From Cyanophora paradoxa CCMP329 (lineage: Eukaryota > Plantae > Glaucophyta), in contig QPMI01000228.1 of the NCBI GenBank assembly GCA_004431415.1, positions 32,502-96,501 of the forward strand: a stretch of 64,000 nucleotides of DNA, given 5' to 3'. Each line of letters opens with the position of its first letter. Position 1 is the stretch's first letter. Shown piece after piece: positions 38,501 to 49,309 of the stretch. The position numbers and the translations under genes are program-made. The notes beneath the pieces were generated by a model that saw only the letters and a program-made list of their open reading frames with translations, had not been told where the DNA came from and ran no database searches.

Positions 38501-41352
38501 CTCGAACACGATCAGGCGCCCCGGGAAGCCCGTCACGCGGCTCTTCGTTGGGCCCCCCGCCCCGCCCCCCCGCCCCGCCCCCCGCCCCATCGCGGCCGCC
38601 CCGACGGCGACGAGGAGGGCGGCGGCGGCGGGGGCGGCGGCGAAGGCGGCGAGGCGCTGGGACGGGTCGAGGTCAGGCAGGGCGAGGGCGCCGGCGAGGA
38701 GCAGCTTGCCCGCCACCACCGCCCCCGCGCCCCGCAGCCGCGCCCCGCCGCCCCCGCCTCCCCCTCGGCGCCCCGCGCCGCGAGCTCGGCCTGCAGCGCG
38801 AGCCGCGCGGGGGCCGCCGTCGCCGCGAGGAGCGCTGCCGCGCCCAGCATGCCCCGAGCTGCGCCCAGAGCGGAACCGCCACGCTGCGCCCGGCGCGTCA
38901 GGCCGGCCGGCCCTCGCAATCGACAGCGCGGGGCAGGGCGGGCGGGGCGGGCGCACGGGAGGAAGCCGGCGAGGAGCGGCGTGGCGGCGGCGAAGGCGGC
39001 GAGGCCGGCGGCGGCGAGGGCGAGGAGGGCCGGCGGGCGAGGCGGCGCGCGAGGGGCGCGTGCGCGAAGGCGCCGAGGGCGGCGCCGGCGGCGAAGGCGG
39101 CGGCGAGCACGGCCGCGAGGTGCGCCTCCGCGAGCACCTGCGCCCCGCCCCGCCTCGTCTCGTCTCGCGCGGCGGCCCCGCGGGCGGGGCGGGGCGGGGG
39201 CGGGCGGGCGGGCGCGCCTGCGTGGCGAAGAGGGCGGCGAGGAGGGCGCCCAGGCGCGGCGCCTCGAGGCAGCACGCCGCCGCCGCCGCCACCGCCCCCG
39301 GCCCCCCGGAGCCGGCGGCGACGGCGGGGCGGCGGGGGCGGCCCAGGGGCGCGCCGCCGCCGCCGCGAGGGCCTCGCCCCGGCAGACGGGCGAGGGGCGG
39401 GGCTCGGGCGCGGAAGCCCCCTCCTCGAGATCGGGGGCCCGCGGGGGTCGCCGGCGGGCTCGCGTCCGTCAGCCGCGGCGTCGAGCCGGGCTGCGGCGTC
39501 GGTGCCGGGGCGAGGCGAACGCCGGAGACCAACCGAGGGGCTGCCGCGCGGGTGAGAAGCCGAGGGCGGGCCGGGGCGGGGCGGGGCGGGCGGGCGCGAG
39601 GGCGCGAGGGGGGCGCACGGCGGGGCGGACGGCGGCGAGGGCGGCGGCGGCGGCGAGGAGGGGGGCCGGGGGCAGGAGGGGGGCGAGGAGCGGGGCGGCC
39701 AGGAGCAGCGGGGCGAGGGCGAGGAGGGCGCAGGCCTCGGCCAGGGGGCGCCACGGGCCCGGGGCGGCCTCGGGGAGCCCCGCGGCGGCGAGGGCGGCGA
39801 GGCGGAGGGTCTCGCCGGCGCCCCGCGCGAGGCCCTCCAGCAGCACCAGGCCGCCCGCCGGCGCGAGCAGCCGCCCGGGCTCCTCCCTCCAGCCCCGCCT
39901 GCCCGAGAGGGCGACGAGGGCAGCGAGGGCGGCCTGCGCGGCGGCGCGCACGAGGAGGGAGGCGGCGAGGAGGGCCCGCGCCCCCGCCCGCCCGTAGAGG
40001 CGGCCCCCGAGCACGCTGCCGGCCGCCGCCGCGGCGGAGGCGGCGGCCGAGAGGGCGGCGGCGGCGGGGGCCGGCGCGAGGGCGAGGAGGAGGAGCGTGG
40101 CGACGACCGCGAAGGCGCTGCTCGAGAGGCTGCACGCGAGACAGTCAAGCGGGAGGCGGCGGGAGCAGGCGGGGCGGGGCGGGCGGACGCGGAGGCGAGG
40201 GGGGCAAGGAGGAGGGGGGCGAGGGCGCGGGGCGGGGCGTGGGCGGGGGCGGGGGCTGGGGTGCCGGGGAGGCGCATGTGGGCGAGCTCCTGGCCGGCCT
40301 CCTTGCCGTGCTGCTCCAGCGCCTCGCTCAGGATCTCCTCCACGAGGCTCGCCCCGCCGGCCCCCTCCTCGCCGGCGGGGGCGACCATCTCGAGCTTGCG
40401 CTTCATCTGCTGCAGCTTGGAGAGGAGCTGGTCGAGGGTGCGCGACGTGTAGAAGGGCTGCCCCTCCAGCCGCCCCCGCACGAAGCGCGCGCGCGTGACC
40501 CGCCCCGTGCGCTTGTCGTGCTTCTTCAGGATCTTGTTGACGGCCGTGTAGTTGAGGAGCACGAACTGCTCGAGGAGGACGAGCTGCCGCCCCGCCTCCA
40601 CCAGCTCCTGCCGCGCCGCCCCCAGCTGCCCCGCCCTCCCCGCCTCCCCCCGCCCCGCCGCCCGCCGGATGCGCGCCCCCTGCGCCCCGCCGGCCTCAGC
40701 CGGGGGCGGCGGGCGGGGGGCGGACGGGGGGCACGAGGAGGGGCTCCCGCGGGTCGTCCCCCCCCGGGGCCTCCCCCGCGGCGAACTCGTCGAAGAGGGC
40801 CTCCACCCTGCCCGGCCCCCGGCCCCCGTCAGACCGGCCGCCTCCCCGCGGCGCGCGCAGGCGGGGCGGGCGGCGGGCGCGCATCGAGTCGAGGAAGAGG
40901 ACGCGGGCCTTGGACTCCTCCTCCTTCGCCCGGAAGAAGCGGTTGATCTTCTCCACCTCACCCTCCAGCATCTGCGCCCCGCCCGAGTCGGCCCCCGCGC
41001 CCCGCCCGCTCCGCGCCGGGGCCCCCGGACCGTGAAGAACTGGGCCTCCTCCTTGTCGGGGTCCGGCTTCCCCGGCGGCAGCGGCGCTGCGCAGGCCCCA
41101 GTCAGGAGCGCGGCGCGAGCGGTCGCTCCCGCCGGCCGCACCGCGGATCGCCTTGATGCATTTGATCTGTGGCGCAGCGCGTGAGGGGCCGGGGAGGAGC
41201 TGCGGGCGGCGCGGACCTGGCGCTTCAGCTCCTGCCGGCGTCGCGTGAGAGGGTGAGACGAAATTCGGAGCGGCGGAGCGGACCTTGTAGTTCAAGTAGT
41301 GCGCACGCCACTCGGGCACCGCCGACGAGGCGAGCGTCTTGGTAAATTTCAT
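35572..41352 (-). CDS. Multidomain fusion: SPX + MFS-like transmembrane region + thymidylate-kinase-like domain + DUF2252-like domain
   Basis: SPX: MKFTK..VPEW..YLNYK/ELKRQ/IK, EVEKINRFF, LNYTAVNKILKKHDK. Ala/Leu-rich TM helices at 40.1-38.6 kb with GGRLYGRAGAR (MFS motif A-like). LIVFEGLDGSGKST, WNSS, VLCDRYFYT, YYEAGLDL. FFFR..HGNPHVDNY..DFDRS..PF.WD..R and LDLKQ. Confidence 0.82.
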
Positions 41353-42077
41353 TCGAAGATGCGGCTGCGAAGACGCGAGCGCCTAGAGGATGCCTCGAAA
41401 TTCAAGGACCAGGAAGTCTTCAGCACGCTCGTGAGCCCCGAAGTCGCAGGGCGCGTGATCGGCGCGTACAAGTACCACAAACGTCGCGCGTACACAACTG
41501 CCTCAGCGCTCTCCGCCGCGCTCCCAGCCGCTGCGGTTCTCGCGTAGATTCGCCTGGTGACACCAGCACAACTCGCTGCCTATCTTGCTGACCGATGCGC
41601 GACTCGCTTCTGATCGTCTGATCGATTGTTGAGCTAGCGCATTGTTCGTCCGATCGATTGTTCAGTGATGTTGGGCCCGGCGGCTGATGCGGCGCGTGGA
41701 TGCGGCGCGCGCGTCCTGCCTTACGGTACGAAAATGCGCCGTCTGGGTAGGTCGGAGACGAGCTATGGCCCGCCGCATACAGCCCCAGACAAGTTGCCAG
41801 CCGCTGCCAGGGGTACAGTCCGATACGGATCGACGGCTGAAGGCCGCGAAATCCGACTGCTGCAGCGCAGTCTGACGCAGAATGTCGCAGGCAGCCGTGC
41901 GGCCGATAAATGTGAAGGTAGGGAAACCCTGCGAGCGGACCTGCGATAGCTAAGCCGCGCCCCAGGCCCTCGTGGCGAAGATGCGCGCGTGCAAGTGCGT
42001 GAAGGGCCTCGGCGGAGAGCCTGAGGTCCCTCTCGTTCCGTTTGTGAATTCTTTCCTCCCTTTCCTCGCCTGAACCG
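41206..42077. repeat. 872-bp direct repeat A, copy 1 (bidirectional SPX/GLTP promoter plus first exons of both genes)
   Basis: Matches 46009-46880 (offset 4803). Confidence 0.95.
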
Positions 42078-42501
42078 GGACCGTTCCGTTTGTGAATTCT
42101 TTCCTCCCTTTCCATTCTTCGAAAATACGAAGGCGGCCACGGCCTGCTGCGACTACTCACTCAGTCGCCAGCAGGTCGGGCTAATCGGACGGAGCCTCCA
42201 GCTCCGCTTGAACGCGTACGCAACCCGTTCATTTCCGTGCCTTACCTCTGGTACTGAGAATCTCGCAGGCCGCGGCCGAGCGGAAATCTCCGCTGGGTTA
42301 GTGGTGGGTCACAGCCTCGGCGCAGCGCGCGCGGCCGCCCCCCGCCGCGCGCGCAGCGCCTCGGCTGTCTCTTTCTCGCGCGAAAGAATAGCCTTCTCGG
42401 CGTTGTTTGTTTTTTAAAATACAATCATGTACCCAACTTGCAAGGTCCAAATTGCAACACGCATAACAGCGTACCCCCCTGGGGTCTCCTCCCCCGGGTC
42501 C

Positions 42502-42508
42502 TATAAAA
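42502..42508 (+). promoter_or_regulatory. TATA box within repeat B (second copy 45349-45355)
   Basis: CCTATAAAAG followed by GTCACGT; a downstream GTGAGT..CTGAC..CAG intron (42847-43034) suggests a transcribed leader. Confidence 0.55.
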
Positions 42509-44043
42509 GTCACGTACCCTGCTGCAAAAAGCACATTCGCCGCGTTTGAACTTCGATTCCGTGCGCCCAGACGCCGACACCTCGCCGCCCGCGCCGTCGC
42601 TCAAGTCTTACGACCGCACAGAACGATGCGAAATGCCCCGCCTATCGACAACGCCCTGGGCGGCGGCAAGCCCCTCCACGTCAATCGTTCGCCCACCGCC
42701 GCGGTTCGGGCTTCTTTCCTTCTTTTCCGACACTGCCGACTCGCTTTTCAGAGTCCTGCCTCGTTCCCTGCTGGAATCGTTGTCTTGGCCTCCCGATCAA
42801 ATTGCTGTCGGGCAGCGCCTTTAGCTCCTCACCGCGGCCACGCCCGGTGAGTGCAGCTCCTGCATCGCGCAGGCAAAAGCCTCTAGGCTAAACTCTGTCC
42901 AAATCCAGAGATCTAAATCCCGCTGAAGACGGCTCCGCTCAAATCACTGAGACTCGTCACGGAGCAGAAACAGAGCCAAGAGGCAGCGCGCGAGCGCACG
43001 TACCTCTCTCTGTACGGGAACTGACGTACGACAGCGCCCGCGAGGTGCGCGCATTCTTCTGCGCCTCGAGAACGGGGGACGCCGCCGCTTCTTGAACGGA
43101 AGCACGCCTAGCGCCTCCGCCACACCCGCGAGGGATCTAAATCCCTCGCTTCTATCCTACCGCGCGCCATACATGAGACGAGCGACTGCGAGCCTGACGG
43201 GCAGGGACTACCCTCAGGCGATGAGCTCTCCTCGACATCTCCGGTGGCACTGTCCACGCGCGTAGGCGTCCCGAAGACTTCGTCTTCGGTCGAATAAGGT
43301 GTTCTTCCGTTCCATTCCCGTGGACTTCGTCCTCGGTCGATTCTGCACCTCAATCTAATCTTTACCGCGTTCAGCCTCTGGCTCTTCGATTCTGAACTTC
43401 CGTGACGAGCAATCTATTCAAAACAAAGCCGCTTCAACCTCAACGTTTAACTCTGCGCTCTCGCGCTTCCCAACCATTACATCGACTGGTGGCGGCGCAT
43501 CGTCCTGCCAGCTCATGATCACTTGCCCATGCTCATCTGCAAGCTCCAACGATAACATCTCCCCCGGCCCGGCATCAGCCGCGAAGCTCAAGCAGGATCG
43601 GCCTCCACCGCCGCGTCAGCCACGTTCATCGTGTGCCTGCCCGCCCTCGCCCGAAACTTCACGTTCTAACCGGCCTGCAGCTGTCCTTTGAGTAGCTCCA
43701 TCAAATGCAGCAAAGCAGGGCGCCCTCCGCGCGCCAACACCAAGGACACAGCGTGTCCGGCAGCGCCCGCGATCCTCGAATCGTGCGTGCGTGCTTCTAA
43801 AACTGCGATCTTTCCGAGGTCTTAAGGACTGCCGCTGCTCCGCGCCGCAGAAGCGTCCAGAACGGCGCGGCTCTAACGATTGACCTCCACGCCCTGCATC
43901 GGCGCCGCGATCCTGGGATCGTACGCTGCGATCTTGCTGACCGTCGGTCTCTCTCTAAGCTCAGAATCTGCTCCTCCTCGCAGAAGCGTCCATGACGGGG
44001 TTCTTGCAGCTGCAGCTCGTGGCTCTTACGCCCACCCAGCGCG

Positions 44044-44840
44044 TGCGTGCTCTGCGCTCTTGCTCTTCCCGAGCTAGATTCCTGATCTTTCTCTGCCCAC
44101 AGAACAGCAGCTACATGCTCGCTTACCAGGTACGCGCCTCCAACCGCGCTTTCGGCGCTCGCGAACTGATTCCCGGGTGGCGCAGCACCCGAGCTGAAGC
44201 TCATCCCCCACACGAGCACATTCCTTTCATCTTCCTTTTTGGAAGGCTTCTCCTTGTCTCTCTCTCCGCCTCCGCGGTGCACCTCGCTTCAGCTCACTCC
44301 GAGTCAATCTCTGAGTCGGCTCACTTCTTACATGCGCACTTGCATGCTCCTGCAGGCCACGCTCTCTTCATCTACAGAGCTTTACTCTTCTCTTTGCCGT
44401 CCTGGCGTCGGCCCTCGATCTGATGCGCATCGGACCGGCTCATTCCAGTAGCGCGTGCGCATGCGTGCTCTGCGCTCTTGCTCTTCCCGAGCTAGATTCC
44501 TGATCTTTCTCTGCCCGCAGAACAGCAGCTATATGCTCGCTTACCAGGTACGCGCCTCCAGACACGCTTTCGGCGCTCGCCAACTGATTCCCGGGTGGCG
44601 CAGCAACCGAGCTGAAGCTCATCCCCCACACGAGCACATTCCTTTCATCTTGCTTCTCCTTGTCTCTCTCTCCACCTCCGCGGTGCACCTCGCTTCAGCT
44701 CACTCCGAGTCAATCTCTGAGTCGGCTCACTTCTTGCATGCGCACTTGCATGCTCCTGCAGGCCACGCTCTCTTCATCTTCAGAGCTTTACTCTTCTCTT
44801 TGCCGTCCTGGCGTCGGCCCTCGATCTGATGCACATCGGA
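44044..44840. repeat. Near-tandem duplication of about 390 bp (repeat C)
   Basis: 44044-44434 versus 44462-44840, scattered substitutions and a short indel. Confidence 0.9.
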
Positions 44841-46008
44841 TCTGCCCATTCCAACAGTGCTCGGCGCCAGCCTTCGCCCTGGGTTCGCCCTCCCCGTGCA
44901 CGCCTTCCAAACCCTGTAACAGATCTAGACATTGCGTCAGCGCTAGCCGCATTCTTGCCGCATTCTTCGAAAATACGAAGGCGGCCACGGCCTGCTGCGA
45001 CTACTCACTCAGTCGCCAGCAGGTCGGGCTAATCGGACGGAGCCTCCAGCTCCGCTTGAACGCGTACGCAACCCGTTCATTTCCGTGCCTTACCTCTGGT
45101 ACTGAGAATCTCGCAGGCCGCGGCCGAGCGGAAATCTCCGCTGGGTTAGTGGTGGGTCACAGCCTCGGCGCAGCGCGCGCGGCCGCCCCCGCCGCGCGCG
45201 CAGCGCCTCGGCTGTCTCTTTCTCGCGCGAAAGAATAGCCTTCTCGGCGTTGTTTGTTTTTTAAAATACAATCATGTACCCAACTTGCAAGGTCCAAATT
45301 GCAACACGCATAACAGCGTACCCCCCTGGGGTCTCCTCCCCCGGGTCCTATAAAAGTCACGTACCCTGCTGCAAAAAGCACATTCGCCGCGTTTGAACTT
45401 CGATTCCGTGCGCCCAGACGCCGACACCTCGCCGCCCGCGCCGTCGCTCAAGTCTTACGACCGCACAGAACGATGCGAAATGCCCCGCCTATCGACAACG
45501 CCCTGGGCGGCGGCAAGCCCCTCCACGTCAATCGTTCGCCCACCGCCGCGGTTCGGGCTTCTTTCCTTCTTTTCCGACACTGCCGACTCGCTTTTCAGAG
45601 TCCTGCCTCGTTCCCTGCTGGAATCGTTGTCTTGGCCTCCCGATCAAATTGCTGTCGGGCAGCGCCTTTAGCTCCTCACCGCGGCCACGCCCGGTGAGTG
45701 CAGCTCCTGCATCGCGCAGGCAAAAGCCTCTAGGCTAAACTCTGTCCAAATCCAGAGATCTAAATCCCGCTGAAGACGGCTCCGCTCAAATCACTGAGAC
45801 TCGTCACGGAGCAGAAACAGAGCCAAGAGGCAGCGCGCGAGCGCACGTACCTCTCTCTGTACGGGAACTGACGTACGACAGCGCCCGCGAGGTGCGCGCA
45901 TTCTTCTGCGCCTCGAGAACGGGGGACGCCGCCGCTTCTTGAACGGAAGCACGCCTAGCGCCTCCGCCACACCCGCGAGGGATCTAAATCCCTCGCTTCT
46001 ATCCTACC

Positions 46009-46880
46009 GCGGCGCGGACCTGGCGCTTCAGCTCCTGCCGGCGTCGCGTGAGAGGGTGAGACGAAATTCGGAGCGGCGGAGCGGACCTTGTAGTTCAAGT
46101 AGTGCGCACGCCACTCGGGCACCGCCGACGAGGCGAGCGTCTTGGTAAATTTCATTCGAAGATGCGGCTGCGAAGACGCGAGCGCCTAGAGGATGCCTCG
46201 AAATTCAAGGACCAGGAAGTCTTCAGCACGCTCGTGAGCCCCGAAGTCGCAGGGCGCGTGATCGGCGCGTACAAGTACCACAAACGTCGCGCGTACACAA
46301 CTGCCTCAGCGCTCTCCGCCGCGCTCCCAGCCGCTGCGGTTCTCGCGTAGATTCGCCTGGTGACACCAGCACAACTCGCTGCCTATCTTGCTGACCGATG
46401 CGCGACTCGCTTCTGATCGTCTGATCGATTGTTGAGCTAGCGCATTGTTCGTCCGATCGATTGTTCAGTGATGTTGGGCCCGGCGGCTGATGCGGCGCGT
46501 GGATGCGGCGCGCGCGTCCTGCCTTACGGTACGAAAATGCGCCGTCTGGGTAGGTCGGAGACGAGCTATGGCCCGCCGCATACAGCCCCAGACAAGTTGC
46601 CAGCCGCTGCCAGGGGTACAGTCCGATACGGATCGACGGCTGAAGGCCGCGAAATCCGACTGCTGCAGCGCAGTCTGACGCAGAATGTCGCAGGCAGCCG
46701 TGCGGCCGATAAATGTGAAGGTAGGGAAACCCTGCGAGCGGACCTGCGATAGCTAAGCCGCGCCCCAGGCCCTCGTGGCGAAGATGCGCGCGTGCAAGTG
46801 CGTGAAGGGCCTCGGCGGAGAGCCTGAGGTCCCTCTCGTTCCGTTTGTGAATTCTTTCCTCCCTTTCCTCGCCTGAACCG
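46009..46880. repeat. 872-bp direct repeat A, copy 2 (includes truncated SPX exons at 46009-46155)
   Basis: Matches 41206-42077. Confidence 0.95.
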
Positions 46881-48240
46881 ACTTCGTGTTGAAGTCCCAC
46901 GATGGGCAGGTGCAACTCATGCGGGAGATCGCGGGCCTCTTCAGTGCGTTTAGCTAGGCGCTACTAGCGTTTCGACTCGTCTCTACAGACGTTTGGCCAC
47001 CTTTTCCTGACCGCTCGCGCAGAGATTCTGGGGCCCAACAGCTTCAAGGTGCGAAGCAATGGGCTAGCGGCGATGTGCTACGGAGGAGGCGGGCGGAGGA
47101 GAGTTAGGGATCGAATTCACTGAAATCTCCGTCGCGGGGGCGCGTTGAAGCAGGGCTAGTTACGCGGGGGCTCCTCGAGCTCGTGAGGGGTCCTCCCTAT
47201 GCTCTGCCGCCTTGGATGAAGCGCATACAGCCAACAGACAGGCTCGCAGATCATCATCGACGACGTGAGCAACAAGGCGGAGATCCTCGCCCAGATCGCC
47301 AAAGCAGCGGGCCACGACATCGAGACCGCAGAGGTCGACGAGTCTGTGAGCACGCTCCCCACTACGTGCCCCCGCGGAATTGAGCGCTGACCTGCCCTCA
47401 GGACGACAGCTTGTGGCGCCGCGTCATAGAGCTCATAACGTGCACCAGCGGGGTGCGGCTTCGCTCCCCGCCCTCGTCCCCCCACCCTGCGCGCAGAGCA
47501 TCGACGCGCGCCCCGCGGGCAGGTGGTGGGCGACAAGTGGGAGAGCGGGGCGCTCAAGCAACACAAGATCGCCACGCTCCAATCCATGATGCGGTGGGAG
47601 ATGCAGACCGGTGCGCCCCGCGCCGCGGGCCACCGCGAGCGCGCGCCGGGCCCCCGAGCGCGCCCCCCTGCAGGCCGCATCCGGCAGTCTGGCAACGGCA
47701 GCAGGACAACAATCCGCCTGCGGTGGTGCGCCGCGCCGCCGTCGCGCGGAGCCCGCCCGCCGGCGGCGGGGCTTGACGGCGAGGGATGGGGGTGCGGCAG
47801 GCTGCTCGACTTCTTGATAAAATTCAGCGGACTGATCCAGGACCGGCGGAACACAATCAAGGACTGCGGCGCGCAGGCGTACAAGGAGACCCTTGCCCCG
47901 CACCACCCGCTCCCCATCCGCGGCGCCGCCAAGATCGCGATGGCGCGCCGGCCCCGCGCTCCCGGGGCGGGGCGCGAGGGGCTGGCTGGCGGGCTGAGCG
48001 GAGGCGTGGGCGGGCAGGTGATGATCCCGTCGCGGGAGGACTTCTGCCGAAAGTTCGCTGTGGTGGAGCCCGAGGCGCTGGCCGACATGCGCGAGTTCAA
48101 GGCCTACGCCGAGCCCGTCTTCCGCTCCCTCATCAACTTCCACACCCGGCGCGCCCCGCCCCGCCCCGCCCCGCCCCGCGCGCCCACCATCCGCCCCCGT
48201 GAGCTTGCCCCGCAGGAACAACCTCAACAATCTCCCGTAG
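46685..48240 (+). CDS. Glycolipid transfer protein domain protein (ACD11/CPTP-type), multi-exon
   Basis: Spliced MSQAAVRPINVK/ALVAKM..VPLVPF/VQLMREIAGLF/KILGPNSFK..IIIDDVSNKAEIL; GNGSRTTIRLRW; AYKETLAPHHP..IRGA; PSREDF. Confidence 0.85.
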
Positions 48241-48878
48241 CGACTCACGGGCCGCGGCCTGCCAGTCATCCTCCCGGCTCGCCTTCTCGAGCGGGGCGCC
48301 GCCGCCACGTCACCGCGTCCCGGATGGCGTGTCAGGGAGCCGAACCCACCCCGAACCCTCCTCTCGTGCAAGCGCGTCAAATTCAACCAGAACCTCCCGC
48401 GAACGTCATTTTCCGTACTCAGTACGAAAACATGGCGTGCGGGCCGGTGCGGCACTGCGGCGCCGCCGGGCCAGATGTACAACAGACTCGCGGTGGGGAG
48501 CCTATAACTAATTAATAACACATTTCTAGATAACACAAAATATTCAAAGTTGGGGGGTACTTGCACTCTAGAACGTGTCTGCATTCTAGCATATTCTAGA
48601 ATCTAGAACACGTATGTGTCATTCGATCTGTTCACGCTAGAGCGATGTAAAGCGGTTCCGAAGTTCTGTGTGCACGTTTAGACTCTAGAGACCTTCTGGA
48701 TACTTTTACAGCTCCGATCCGGCAGCTTCGGTCCCGGAAAGTCCATCCAGTACCCCCTTAAAATTTGTCGCAGTTTTAATTCTAATTCTTATAAATTAAT
48801 TCCATCACTGGTGAATCAGTGGTGATTCGACTGCATTCACGTCGACGTCGACGTCCGCGCCGGCCGCACTCGCATGTA

Positions 48879-49125
48879 CCGTATAACACAATATTAATGC
48901 GCTCAATATTAATGCGTTTTTGGACCCGGACCCCTATTATGGCTATTAATGCGGCACCAAATTAATGCGTTTTGAAGCCTTTTGGCTGCATATGGGGGGT
49001 ACAGACCGCAGTTTCTTAGCGCTTCAATATTAATGCGCCCCCAAATTAATGCGTTTTGACAGCAGAAAACGCATTAAATTGGGGGCGCATTAATATTATG
49101 CGCGCACTAATATTCTGTTATACGG
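48879..49125. mobile_element. MITE (Tc1/mariner-pogo type), 247 bp, TA target-site duplication
   Basis: TIR CCGTATAACACAATATTAATGCGC versus reverse-complemented right end CCGTATAACAGAATATTAGTGCGC; TA on both sides; AT-rich with repeated ATTAATGCG subterminal motifs. Confidence 0.88.
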
Positions 49126-49309
49126 TACTAGTATACTGCAGCAGACCGGTAGTGGTCCGGTACCTGCGCCGGGCCGAAGCTTTAAGCTATAGCTAGCGGG
49201 TTCCTAGCTGCGTGAACCCCTGCGATCTCGCTGACACAACAGCACGCGCCGAAGCGTTAGAGCATCCCAGCTGCGTAGCGACGGGATCGCGGCCGGCGCC
49301 GACTCACGC

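Larger units (their letters stand above)
42078..46011. mobile_element. Non-autonomous insertion with about 1.05-kb terminal direct repeats (LTR- or pseudo-LTR-like)
   Basis: Repeat B at 42113-43164 and 44961-46011 (one 1-bp indel seen); internal 1.8 kb has no recognisable ORF; no TG..CA termini. Confidence 0.6.

Noticed and set aside
41420-42160. 246-aa and 230-aa ORFs in repeat A (also 46223-46915)
   Set aside because: They span promoter/UTR sequence antisense to GLTP exons and have no recognisable motifs.
42113-46011. Canonical autonomous LTR retrotransposon
   Set aside because: No TG..CA ends, short TSD, clear PBS, or gag/pol ORF; kept only as an LTR-like non-autonomous insert.
45955-46155. 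Second SPX gene
   Set aside because: Only the first exons are copied within repeat A; the rest is absent.
48552-48761. Small TIR element GGGGGTACT...AGTACCCCC-TTAA, with a similar CCCCCTTAAAA near 34843
   Set aside because: Only 9 bp of inverted match and no matching TSD on the left; may be a decayed element but cannot be supported.
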